Virus record (IMG/VR): IMGVR_UViG_3300037047_000246
DNA length: 64,000 nucleotides
Strand: one strand, 5' to 3'
From: a virus
Taxonomy: Duplodnaviria > Caudoviricetes
The translations under genes were made by a program, and so were the position numbers. Shown in pieces: positions 26,570-35,817 of this stretch. A model generated the notes under the pieces. That model was not told the DNA's origin and searched no databases. It saw only the letters and a list, made by a program, of their open reading frames with translations. The stretch's first letter is position 1. The number at the start of each line of letters is the position of its first letter.

Positions 26570-27405
26570 CCGCATCCGATGCGGATGACGTGGTCGTCGC
26601 CGAGCAGCTTGCCCCAATACCGGACCAGCTCCGGGTCATCGTAGTGCTGGGTACCGCGTGGGATCATGAAGAACACATTGTACCTCTGCTGACAAGCCTG
26701 GACAATCTCTTCTACGTCGAGGCTGTCGGGGGGTCTGCTTATTGGCTTTTGCCAACGGTTCCGTTGCGCCTTTATCGGCGAGCTTGGCGGCTTCGGCATC
26801 CGGCAGATCGCCGAGCACATCGCGCAGCTGGGTGGCCGGAGTCTTGCGGTACGCATGCTCATCGCCTACGACGAACAAGTACCCTTTCTTGCCGCGCTTC
26901 TCGAGGCAATCGCAACTGGTGCGGTGCGCGAAGAAGTACAGGGCGTTCTGATACGATTCTTCATACGAGCCGCCACCTCCGCCTTCGAGCACAAACTTCG
27001 TGAGGTTGTCATCCATTTCGATGCCAGATTCGAACTGGCCGATCTGCAGCGGCACCCGGTCCGAAAAGTAGTCGCCAATGGCGCCGAACAGCACTTGCGG
27101 TCCTTGACGTAGCCCTTGCGGATGAGCATGCCCATCAGCTGCGGCAGCTTCTTCTGCATGATGGCAGGCTTGTCCGACATCGACCCGGTCACGTCGAACA
27201 GCACGGCGATGGCGAGCGACTCTGGGTGCGCTGCCGAATCGCGAGCCTCTCGCACTTTGCCCTTCACATCGAGGGAGTCGTGCACCTTCCTGTCCACACG
27301 CCCAGCTCTGTAGTCCGCGTCGTAGCTGAACGTCGGCACCGCGCGCTTGGCCCTGTCGGTGACCCGGCTGGTGTAGTGATCATCGCTCCATGAACTGCCG
27401 CCCAT
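26570..27405 (-). pseudogene. vWA-domain protein split over three frames and 3'-truncated
   Basis: MGGSSW..IAVLFDVTGSM (MIDAS) / LFGAIGD..GQFESG..LEGGGGG..ESY..ALYF..KGYLFVVGDE / YNVFF..YW.KLLG; shifts at ~27100 (G2) and ~26720 (G6). Confidence 0.8.
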
Positions 27406-27427
27406 TTTCAATCTCCTTGTTGTGCCC

Positions 27428-28542
27428 TCATGAGGGCTGAGGCATCGCAAAAGGCCTGTACGTGCGCTTGCCCACCAGCTGGTACATCAGCTCATCGAAC
27501 TCTCTGTGCAGCTCCCAGGCATCGTCTGGCCGCGCGTGGGGCGCGTCGAGCGCGCATCCCCTCAAGAAGGATTGCAGCTTCTTGGGCACGGCGTCCGGCA
27601 TCCTTAGAGTCGCCGGATCTCCACCCAGCAACATAACCATCGTCTTGGCCACCATAAAGATGTCTGTGCGCGGCGTCGGCGCGCCTTTGCTCAGCACCTC
27701 TGGCGCGTAGCATGCACGCCAAGCGCGGCTGGCGAACGGAATGCGCGCGCCGTCTTGCGCGGCCGACGTCCAGTCCAACAGGATCGCCCCGTGGTTGATC
27801 GGGTGCACCATGACGTGCGGCGGAATCACGGCGCCGTGCACGACTCCGGCGCCGTGCACCAGGTGCAGCGCTGACAGCAGGCGCTTGAACATCCAAGCGG
27901 CGTCTTTGCAGTCGATGCCCTTGGGGAAGGCGTGCAGCACGCGCTCGAGCGGAATGTGCTCGTCGTAGCAGGCGAAGATGTTGACTCGTCTGCTGGCGCC
28001 TTTGGCGTCGCGCATGCTGAAGTCGTCGACCAGCTCCGGCAGAAGCTTGAGCAGCTTCTCGGCTCGGGCTGACGTCTTCTTGAAGACGTGGCGCAGGGTC
28101 TTGGCTTCATTCTCTATCAAGTCGTTGTCGCCCGCGTTGCGAGCGACTTTGAACACCGCCTTGCGGTCTTGCGCGCCGTCCGCCCAGGTGCAGTCGTACA
28201 CGTCCGCGATATCTCCCGAGCACCGCAAGGCGCCGACCACGTACTTGCGGCGCTTGACTTGCACCACGACGGGACTGGCCTTCGGAGCAGGAGCCGCGGC
28301 GGCCTTGTCGCCATAAGTGCCGGCTCTTACTTTGGCCTCGGCTGCAGCGTTTATGGCTGTGAGCTTGGTGAACGCTGCAGTCGCTTGCGACTTGTCGGCA
28401 TGATGGTCGGGGTGAACGACTTGCACGAGCTGCCGATATAGCGCCTTCAGATCATGCAGCTGTTTGGCCTGGTCGCCGCTCAGCGCGCCGAACACATCTT
28501 CAGGGGCGCCGCCAGAATGCTCTGCAACACCTTGTCTGCCAT
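27428..28542 (-). pseudogene. J-domain plus Ser/Thr kinase-like fusion, frameshifted near its 5' end
   Basis: YRQLVQVVHPD J-motif; AVFKVAR..NEA..VHGAVIPPHVMV..ILLDW kinase-like core; N-terminus MADKVLQSILAA (ATG 28542) is out of frame at a G4 run near 28505, so the intact part is 27428..28495. Confidence 0.75.
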
Positions 28543-28596
28543 TGGTTCACCCGCGCCACATTACACCCCGCCAGGCGTAATTTTCGGGCTGGGTGA

Positions 28597-29244
28597 TCAC
28601 AACTGACGAAGGTATTCGCTCACTCGACGTCGGCACAGTTCTGCCGCCGCGTCATCAAACGCGGTCCTCGCACCTTTCGACGCGTTGCATGTCTGGTGGG
28701 CGATGCGCGCATTCTCGGGGCAGTGAGTGCCGCCAAACTTCAATGGTACAACATGGTCGATAGTTGGCCTGAGCTTGATGTCAGGGCAGTCCGCTATCGT
28801 GTCGATGCCGCAAATGTGACAAGCACACCCTCGCCCACGGATCAGGTCACCGATGGTGAAGGCTTCAAGCTGTTCCATCTTGCGTTTGGCTCTGCGCTGC
28901 GCAATTTGGGCCCTCTTCTTCCCGGGGTTGGCCTTGTAGAAGGCCGACACTCTGGCGCGCTCTTTGATCCTGTCCTCCTCCGAGCGATTGGCTCGGGCAG
29001 CCGATATAACTTCTTGGCTGCGTTCGTACCGCGAGTGATTTGCGCGCTTGCACTCGGCCTGATGTTCCATCCTATACTTGCGTGTCCTGGACTTCACCTT
29101 TTCTTTGTTGGCCACATACCTTCGCGAAGTTCTTCCCCTGGTGCAGTATACGCACTCCGCCATCCGGCGGATTTTGCCGCATGTCTTCCGGGTGTAGAAC
29201 TCGCCTGGCTCACGCGGAAGCCCGCAGATCGAACAATTAATCAT
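28597..29244 (-). CDS. HNH endonuclease with N-terminal Zn ribbon and basic helix
   Basis: CHICG..TIDHVVPLKFGGTH..N...AHQTCNASKG; CSIC..CVYC N-terminus. Confidence 0.9.
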   Translation of the reverse strand: MINCSICGLPREPGEFYTRKTCGKIRRMAECVYCTRGRTSRRYVANKEKVKSRTRKYRMEHQAECKRANHSRYERSQEVISAARANRSEEDRIKERARVSAFYKANPGKKRAQIAQRRAKRKMEQLEAFTIGDLIRGRGCACHICGIDTIADCPDIKLRPTIDHVVPLKFGGTHCPENARIAHQTCNASKGARTAFDDAAAELCRRRVSEYLRQL

Positions 29245-29281
29245 ATGAGCAAAGAACCACAAAAAGCCAAGGAGGTCCAGC

Positions 29282-30181
29282 ATGCGGAGCAAACCAACTG
29301 TGACGGCGGCCAGCAAAGGCAAAATCGTAGTCCACAGCGGGTTTCAAGGATATGATGTATACATCAACTCGTATGTCGGATGTGAGTTCGGGTGCTCGTA
29401 CTGCTACGTCAGGTGGTTCCTGAAGGATGCGCGCCCCTGGGGGCAGTTCGTGCGCCCCAGGATGCACCTGCCCAAGCGGCTAGCCAAGGAGTTGGCGCTG
29501 GTGGCGGGCAAGCGCGTGGTCATGGGGACGATGACAGATCCTTACCAGCCGCTCGAGCGCCAAATGCGGCTGACCCGCCAGGCGCTGCAACTGATGGCGA
29601 ACGCCCCGGTACCGCCAAGCAAAGTCGGCATCTTCACCCGCTCGCCGATCATGCTCGATGACCTGGCTCTGATTGCATCGCTACCCAAGGCTCGCGTGCA
29701 CATGACAGTGCCGCCGCTGCCGCGCGACGCCCAAGTGCTGATGGAGCCCATTCCAGTGCTGGCTCGGGCGCGCTGGGACGCGGTGGCCAAGCTCAAGGCA
29801 GCTGGAATTCGGGTGCACGTCAACATCGCGCCGTCTATCCCGATACTGTCCGACGGGTTGGTGGAGGCCAACGCGCGAATGCTGGCGGCGCTGGGAGTGG
29901 ACGAGTTCTTCGTCGACTCGATGCAAGCGTACTCAGACAGCTTCGCCTGCACCGCCGCGGTGATGGCGGGGCACCCGGACTGGCCGGCCATAACCAAGAT
30001 CATCCAGGACAAGGCGGCGTACGCCGTCTGGAAGAAGAAGCACCGGGACGACTGGATGTCGGCCTGGAAGCAAGTGGGCCAGCCCGGCGCACTGCCCATC
30101 TGGTGCGATCACGAGACGCGAGTCTGGGAAGACATGAGGACTGGCTTGGCGCTGGACCCTGCGACCTACGACGCGGCTTGA
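29282..30181 (+). CDS. radical SAM protein, spore photoproduct lyase-like (SplB/Rv2578c-type)
   Basis: INSYVGCEFGCSYCY (CxxxCxxC); MGTMTDPYQPLE; FTRSP; AAGGAGG RBS. Confidence 0.85.
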   Translation: MRSKPTVTAASKGKIVVHSGFQGYDVYINSYVGCEFGCSYCYVRWFLKDARPWGQFVRPRMHLPKRLAKELALVAGKRVVMGTMTDPYQPLERQMRLTRQALQLMANAPVPPSKVGIFTRSPIMLDDLALIASLPKARVHMTVPPLPRDAQVLMEPIPVLARARWDAVAKLKAAGIRVHVNIAPSIPILSDGLVEANARMLAALGVDEFFVDSMQAYSDSFACTAAVMAGHPDWPAITKIIQDKAAYAVWKKKHRDDWMSAWKQVGQPGALPIWCDHETRVWEDMRTGLALDPATYDAA

Positions 30182-30183
30182 CG

Positions 30184-30732
30184 ATGGCGAACTGGGATCG
30201 CATCTACGCCTCGCTACAAGCTGCCGTAGTGGCTGCCGAGGGGTGTCTGACCGACGCGCCTTCCAGAGCGCACGGCACGAAAGCGGACTGGCACATTCGC
30301 ACGCTGCAGCGCGGAGAGATGCCCTGGTGCGCCACCATGAGATCGGATGGCCTGCTAGTGCAAGCTGGCCATAATGCAGCATTCTCCATTCGGCTGACAA
30401 ACCGCGAGCCTGAAAGCCTGCGCCGGCTTGTGGGATTCCTGTGTATGCTGAGCACCATGCACACGATCGGGGGCAGGGAGCAACTTCATGTTAATGTCGA
30501 GCATGAGGCCAAGCGACTGTCGCGCTTCATCAGATGTGATATGGGTCCGCGTGCGGCCTCATTCTATAGCGAAGTGATGGAATATTGGCGCGATCCTCTA
30601 GATATCCGACGCGCCAAAGTCGAGCAAGTTATGCGACATATTTTAGCCGAATGTCTTGATGTCGGGATGACCATGCAGGACGTCGCCAAGATGTGGGACG
30701 AAATGCAGGTGCAGAAAGTCCACGACGAGTGA
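30184..30732 (+). CDS. hypothetical protein (C-terminal QDVAKMWDEMQVQKVHDE)
   Basis: ATG at 30184 follows the upstream stop; central AT-rich patch. Confidence 0.7.
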   Translation: MANWDRIYASLQAAVVAAEGCLTDAPSRAHGTKADWHIRTLQRGEMPWCATMRSDGLLVQAGHNAAFSIRLTNREPESLRRLVGFLCMLSTMHTIGGREQLHVNVEHEAKRLSRFIRCDMGPRAASFYSEVMEYWRDPLDIRRAKVEQVMRHILAECLDVGMTMQDVAKMWDEMQVQKVHDE

Positions 30733-30733
30733 G

Positions 30734-30916
30734 CTATGTGCCTTTGTAGCCGTCAGCCGCCCATCCGGAGCCTTTGAGCACAAACAACGCAGCCGACACG
30801 AGGCGCTTGGCTGACTCTTGGCTGCACTGCGGGCATTTCTTGTCTGGCTCCGCGGTGATTGGTGCCTCTTTTTCCCATTTGTGGCCGCATGCGCAACATT
30901 CGTACTCATATGTCAT
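30734..30916 (-). CDS. FmdB-family zinc ribbon protein
   Basis: MTYEYECCACGHKWE..CPQC..AKRLVSA..FVLKGSGWAADGY. Confidence 0.9.
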   Translation of the reverse strand: MTYEYECCACGHKWEKEAPITAEPDKKCPQCSQESAKRLVSAALFVLKGSGWAADGYKGT

Positions 30917-31031
30917 GTCGGACGTTACTGTAATTTGCCTATGTCATAAACCTCACTATCTGCGCGATGTGGCCAAAGGTCCGCGGGATCGCCAAGACCG
31001 ACAAACGCTCGTGCTGGGGAAGGAGGCTTGA

Positions 31032-31244
31032 GTGCCTATCGAGTGTGTCTTGCTACATACGCAGTCCAGCCTGTTCGCGGTGTGCCCGAAGTGTGGCGAG
31101 CGGTTTGAGCATTTCATGCGAGGACAGGTGCAGTCATGGTGGCGACGGTGGGCTGGCATTGGCTACTGCGCCGCAATCTGCCGCGAGTGCAAGTGTGTGG
31201 TTGGGTGGGAGAAGCCCACCACGGCTGGGAGGAGTGGTGGATGA
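31032..31244 (+). CDS. small CxxC protein
   Basis: AGGAGG RBS, GTG start; CPKC..CRECK. Confidence 0.6.
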   Translation: MPIECVLLHTQSSLFAVCPKCGERFEHFMRGQVQSWWRRWAGIGYCAAICRECKCVVGWEKPTTAGRSGG

Positions 31245-31547
31245 CTAACGGCGGCCGACTGACCACTGCGGCTCGGCACGCGCTCCCGGCGGAGCTGACT
31301 GAACCGGTCCGGCCCTGTAGTCATCACCAACAAAGCAGCACATGCCTGCGGGACAGCCAGTGCCCACTGGACCCCCGCACACTTCGCTGTTCCAGCAGCA
31401 CAGCAGCGGATTCGTGCTGCAGGCATGGGCACGTGTGCCGCACGGGTGCTCGGGAGTCACCGGGTTGTGTGGCCTATTGCAGTCTTTACAGCTACAGAGT
31501 ATTGTCAATGCCGCGACCAGCATGGCGATTCGCATACTTACCATCAA
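31245..31547 (-). CDS. secreted or lipid-anchored Cys-rich protein
   Basis: MRIAMLVAALTILCSC signal/lipobox; Cys-rich mature part. Confidence 0.65.
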   Translation of the reverse strand: MMVSMRIAMLVAALTILCSCKDCNRPHNPVTPEHPCGTRAHACSTNPLLCCWNSEVCGGPVGTGCPAGMCCFVGDDYRAGPVQSAPPGARAEPQWSVGRR

Positions 31548-31594
31548 TATTGAAAATGTAAGATCACGCAGTACTCACACACATGAGGTCAGTT

Positions 31595-31825
31595 ATGCAG
31601 ACGGTACAAGGTAAGAAAATGCGCGACGGGTCTGTGCTTGTATTTCGAGGGACCAACTGGAAATTAGCCGGCGACTCTAAATGGGCGGCGCATGGTACGT
31701 CGTACGTTGCCAACGGCAACGAGAAGTATGTCGGAAGTCGGAAAATCGGCGGCGTGGAACACGAAGTGTTCGTGCTGTGCGATGATGACTTTGGCGCTCA
31801 GCCGAAAGAGCAGCCGGCAGCGTGA
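31595..31825 (+). CDS. hypothetical protein
   Basis: GAGG RBS, ATG at 31595. Confidence 0.6.
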   Translation: MQTVQGKKMRDGSVLVFRGTNWKLAGDSKWAAHGTSYVANGNEKYVGSRKIGGVEHEVFVLCDDDFGAQPKEQPAA

Positions 31826-31827
31826 AG

Positions 31828-31866
31828 TGATGGGGGCAGTTCAGTCAAACTGAACTGCCCCCATCA
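31828..31866. terminator. perfect 17-bp inverted repeat with 5-nt loop
   Basis: TGATGGGGGCAGTTCAG-TCAAA-CTGAACTGCCCCCATCA immediately after stop 31825; U-tract weak. Confidence 0.7.
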
Positions 31867-31929
31867 TTAAATGCCCTATTAGGCTTTTAATGTAAATTGG
31901 TTGGTAACCACCAAACACTGATCAAGCAC

Positions 31930-32286
31930 ATGAGCGAATTTGGCAACTACATCAAAGCGCTGCGGGAAGCCAAGAGGACCCAAGACAAGTCCTGGTCTGT
32001 CAGAAAAGTGGCTGGACGCATCGGCAAATCGCATACTTTCCTGAGTCAGATTGAATCAGGCTCGCACATGTCGCTCCCCTCGGACGAGACCATACTGAAA
32101 ATCGCCGAGGTCCTCGGAGAGGACCCGGACGTGCTGCTCGCTGTGGCAGGAAGAGTATCCAAATCGCTGCAAGAGGTGATCATCAAACGGCCGAAGCTGT
32201 TCGGCACACTTATTCGACAGCTCAAAGACGTGCCGGAGCATGCAATCCTCCGGGTGGTGAGGGAAGTCCGAGACGGAGACTGGTGA
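31930..32286 (+). CDS. XRE/HTH_3 family transcriptional regulator
   Basis: FGNYIKALRE..SVRKVAGRIGKSHTFLSQIESG..PSDETILKIAEVLG. Confidence 0.9.
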   Translation: MSEFGNYIKALREAKRTQDKSWSVRKVAGRIGKSHTFLSQIESGSHMSLPSDETILKIAEVLGEDPDVLLAVAGRVSKSLQEVIIKRPKLFGTLIRQLKDVPEHAILRVVREVRDGDW

Positions 32287-32301
32287 ACAGGAGATACGAA
32301 A

Positions 32302-33557
32302 ATGTTGGAGCTCAAAAGTGACACGCTGCAGTTTCATTTTCCGGAAATCCACCCGGAGGCGCGCGTCAGCGTCGTCTTCAATCGGACGCTCCGCATCCCG
32401 GACGACGGCAGGACGTATCCTCTGCCTCCGGGCCTCGGCCGGTTCCCCATCAAGCACGTGGACGACTACAAAGACAAGGTACCCGAGAAGTGGGTCCGTC
32501 ACGGCGGAGTCATGTTGCCCATGTGGCAGTCTGAGGCCATGTGGCTGCAGTTCGCTCCGCACACGCCGCACGGGCACGCGCACGCTTGGCCATTCGCCAT
32601 CAAGGTTTCGACCGGCAAGCGCTCGGCCGTCACCGGCAAACCATGGTCCAAAATGCTGCGCGAAGGCGACTACTGCGTGGTCCCGGAGCAGCCCTGGCTT
32701 GATGGTTACGTGGTCGAAGACGGCGTCGTTCGCCAGTTCGTCGCTGCTCCGCTCGGCATGGGCGTGACCGCCGAGGAGCAGATCACGGGCAAAGCCGAGT
32801 TCGGAGGCCTGCAGATTGAAATGTTCCCAATGCTCGCCGCGGAGTTCCTGAAGCGTTGGCCGAAAATTGAGCCGCGGCGCCAAGACTTCGGCCGCAGGAT
32901 CTTGCGCAAATGCTCCGCCAGCTTCGAGAGCAGCAGCTCTAGCGAAGGGCTCGGATTCGGCCCGGAGACACCCATTGGAGATTGCGAGCTGTCCGAGAGC
33001 TCCGACACCCTGGACTTCATGCCGCAGAGCTACAGCGCTGGGCCGGCTGCGGCCGCAAGCGTCAACTACTGTGCCGACGTCGACGTCAGGCTCGAATCGG
33101 CGACGTCGGCCAGTCGCGCGGCCTGACCAGAGACTGCGCGTTCAACGGCGAGGTCAAGACCTCGGGCATCATTCGGCCCGACATGGGCCTGGCGCCTGGC
33201 GGCCGCATGGCCCAGCAGGTGTTCGCCGACGCGTACGGCATGGACTGCTGGTCCCGCGATCACCACGACCGGTGCTTCGTGCATCTGTCGAATTCTCTGG
33301 CATGGAAGGCCATCACGGGCCAGGATGTACCCACCATGCCATTCACCGCGGCCGATTATAGCCGCCGCGGCTACCCGTGGTATGAAGCATACTCCGAAAT
33401 GCCATCCTTGTCTGGAACTACACATACCAAGGCACTCAAAAGTGTGGTTTCAATGGATGCATCATCGGGTGGGCCGCCGATCGTATTGGATAATGAATCA
33501 GCGCACATCAAACTCCATCAGGTAATGAAAGTGGTGCGAGACGGGAAATGGGGTTGA
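32302..33557 (+). pseudogene. conserved hypothetical protein, frameshifted at ~33095
   Basis: RTLRIPDDG.YPLPPGLG.FP..QPWLDG..VRQFVA.PLG in one frame and MGLAPGG..CFVHL..YSRRGYPWY in another; joined by one extra A in ctcgaa(a)tcggc. Confidence 0.75.
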
Positions 33558-33603
33558 TTGGTGATCCGTTTTTCTGGGTTGGGCCATCCGGATCATTTGC
33601 TTC

Positions 33604-33690
33604 CCGTACGCAGGGTATGCCAGTGAAATAATGCTTGACGTTAGCAATTGCGGCCTCACTGCGCGTCTTAGGGTATGACTCGTAATCCAT
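33604..33690 (-). pseudogene. N-terminal remnant of a homing-endonuclease-associated domain
   Basis: YPKTRSEAAIANVKHYFTGIPC matches the KTRxEAxxxGxKxYFTGxPC motif, then similarity stops. Confidence 0.55.
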
Positions 33691-33722
33691 AATCACTAAG
33701 GTCACAACAAATTGAGTAAACC

Positions 33723-33956
33723 ATGATGATTTGCCACAGTTATTGCGCTAGTCACTGCTGGCACGTTTACCATGGCCTAGTGTGGATGGTCGTGCCTGCC
33801 GGGCACGTTGTAATGCAGTGCTGCAAGTGCAGCGCGATGGCGCTCGAGCGAAGTGAGCATTCGACTTGTTGCCCGCCCATTCGCCGCCAGCGCACTTGGA
33901 CGACAAGCGAGTGGAAATTCACTCCGACATCTGTGCGCAGCGGCACGTGGACGTGA
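33723..33956 (+). CDS. small Cys/His-rich protein
   Basis: CHSYC..HCWH..QCCKC. Confidence 0.45.
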   Translation: MMICHSYCASHCWHVYHGLVWMVVPAGHVVMQCCKCSAMALERSEHSTCCPPIRRQRTWTTSEWKFTPTSVRSGTWT

Positions 33957-34008
33957 GCACATCGCTGGCTGCGCAGGTGCACTGAACCTTCGATGCACCT
34001 GCCGAGGT

Positions 34009-34320
34009 ATGATCGACCCCAATACCCTGTCCGACAATTTGCGAAAACTCGCGTCTGCTATCGCCAATGCAAAATCTCCGTCCAAGTCAGCCGTTTTGGC
34101 CCATATGAGCAGAATCATTGCATCTGTGGAGTCCGGTCTGGATTTGAAGACGCAAAGGGAGATCGAGAAGCAGACAAAAGATACCGTCAAGAAGACTCAA
34201 GACGATCTCGGCAAGAAAATGGAAGACCTTGTCAAAAAGGGCGTGTCCGGGGAAGACATAACCCGGGCGGTAGGCGACGTCGAGAAGGATTTTGACGACC
34301 TAGAGCGTCAAAAACGCTGA
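34009..34320 (+). CDS. helical hypothetical protein
   Basis: GAGG RBS, ATG at 34009; LRKLASAI..PSKSAV..SRIIASV. Confidence 0.7.
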   Translation: MIDPNTLSDNLRKLASAIANAKSPSKSAVLAHMSRIIASVESGLDLKTQREIEKQTKDTVKKTQDDLGKKMEDLVKKGVSGEDITRAVGDVEKDFDDLERQKR

Positions 34321-34445
34321 CTTGGCCCCAACACCCTCTCCTCACTGATTGCTCTATTGGCTGCACACAGAAGCTGTAAATTTGAACACAGCTGCAGTAC
34401 GGCGAACGTTCCACGTCGTTCGACTGACGCCGATAGTGAGGAAAT

Positions 34446-34826
34446 ATGGAAAACACATACAGAGAAAAGGTCATTGCCGCAGTTTTGCGCCTACACGAAG
34501 CAGGCGCCGCGTACCAGAAAGCGCAGGCTGAGCTTGACGACTTGATATTCGATGTTCGGCCAGAGAGCCCGCCTGAAAGCGGCGGCAGCGAGGTCGCCAT
34601 CAGCAATCCCAAGTTGCGAGCAGTTATTGACGCCATCAAGCCGCACGGCGCCGACGTATGGACAGCAGCAGATCTCATTCGACGGGCCAAGGTTAAGAAG
34701 CCTCAGCAGTTGTCTCATCAGCTGTCTGCGCTGCTGCGCGCTGGCGCCATCGAGAGAGTCGGAAAGAAAGTGTGGCGAGCAGTGCCTGAAACGCTGGAGA
34801 AATTCTCGCGGCGCGTTACTGATTGA
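34446..34826 (+). CDS. putative winged-helix DNA-binding protein
   Basis: WTAADLIRR..QQLSHQLSALLRAGAIERVGKKVWR wHTH-like pattern. Confidence 0.65.
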   Translation: MENTYREKVIAAVLRLHEAGAAYQKAQAELDDLIFDVRPESPPESGGSEVAISNPKLRAVIDAIKPHGADVWTAADLIRRAKVKKPQQLSHQLSALLRAGAIERVGKKVWRAVPETLEKFSRRVTD

Positions 34827-35091
34827 CGCGACGCGTGAATCCTGAGGTAATCAGGCCGGTGTTGGATACCCAGTACTCTTGTCCTAGTTCCGAGTCGTGC
34901 AACAGAAGTCCGCCGTTGCGTTCGCCCGTTACCCACAACTTGGTCGATGAGGACGCGCCGCCAGGCGCGGCAGGAGGGACCCAGCCGTTGCCAACGAGAG
35001 CGTCTGCGGGGACGAAAAAAGTTTCCTTGGAATCGGCCACGGTCATGCCGTCTCGGCCGCTCTCAACTATTTGCACATGCCTGGGTACCAT
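34816..35091 (-). CDS. hypothetical protein
   Basis: GAGGAG RBS; 91 aa. Confidence 0.55.
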   Translation of the reverse strand: MVPRHVQIVESGRDGMTVADSKETFFVPADALVGNGWVPPAAPGGASSSTKLWVTGERNGGLLLHDSELGQEYWVSNTGLITSGFTRRVNQ

Positions 35092-35103
35092 TCACTCTCC
35101 TCC

Positions 35104-35751
35104 TCATATGTCGTGTTGGCTCGGCATCGAAGGTCTGTCGTCATCATCGTCTACGAAATCTCCCTCGTCGCTGACTTCCGGTGGTCTAATTTGCTTGCGC
35201 CAATAAAACAACACCGTGAACACGCTCAAAGCGGCAAGCCCCAAAGAGACGCAGAAAGTCGTCAAACCAACGGTCCGAGCCGCAGCTAGGTTATCCTGAG
35301 ACAATACCACCATCGCAGCCACTGGCATCAGAAAGCATGCATGCATGAACTGATCTATACCCATGGTGAGGGTGAAACCATACGGCTTTGCGCACCATGC
35401 AGTGAAACCGCCGACAGGATTGTCTTGCATTTCTGATGGCTTACGGAAAAATCTCGCCCAAAGCCATATTGGCGTGTAGGTGTCTATGGCGCCGTGCGAC
35501 ATCATGAGCATCAGTGTGGATGTGACAGTCATATACACTGACCTGTCAAGAGCGAAGTATAGCAACGGAGCAAACATCGCAGCGTACGTCGCGCTGTGCA
35601 CCACCAGCATCCAAGTGGACTCGCTTGCCTTGCGTTTGGCCATAGAGTCAGTTTGCATTAGCCAGTCAGCAAGGAAATGCACAAACATTAGCAGGACGAA
35701 GACGCCACCGGACGCGCTAAACGAGTGAATCATTACAGCAGCAGCAAGCAT
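35104..35751 (-). CDS. DUF3307-family membrane protein
   Basis: HFLADWLMQT..MAKRK..LVVHS..SHGAID..GIDQFMH; several TM segments; start at 35751 or 35733. Confidence 0.85.
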   Translation of the reverse strand: MLAAAVMIHSFSASGGVFVLLMFVHFLADWLMQTDSMAKRKASESTWMLVVHSATYAAMFAPLLYFALDRSVYMTVTSTLMLMMSHGAIDTYTPIWLWARFFRKPSEMQDNPVGGFTAWCAKPYGFTLTMGIDQFMHACFLMPVAAMVVLSQDNLAAARTVGLTTFCVSLGLAALSVFTVLFYWRKQIRPPEVSDEGDFVDDDDDRPSMPSQHDI

Positions 35752-35817
35752 TAAAACCTGTGTGCGCGCTTGTTTGTACAGTGTGTGTGCTTTGCCTATG
35801 CGTTTGCGAGGATTACA

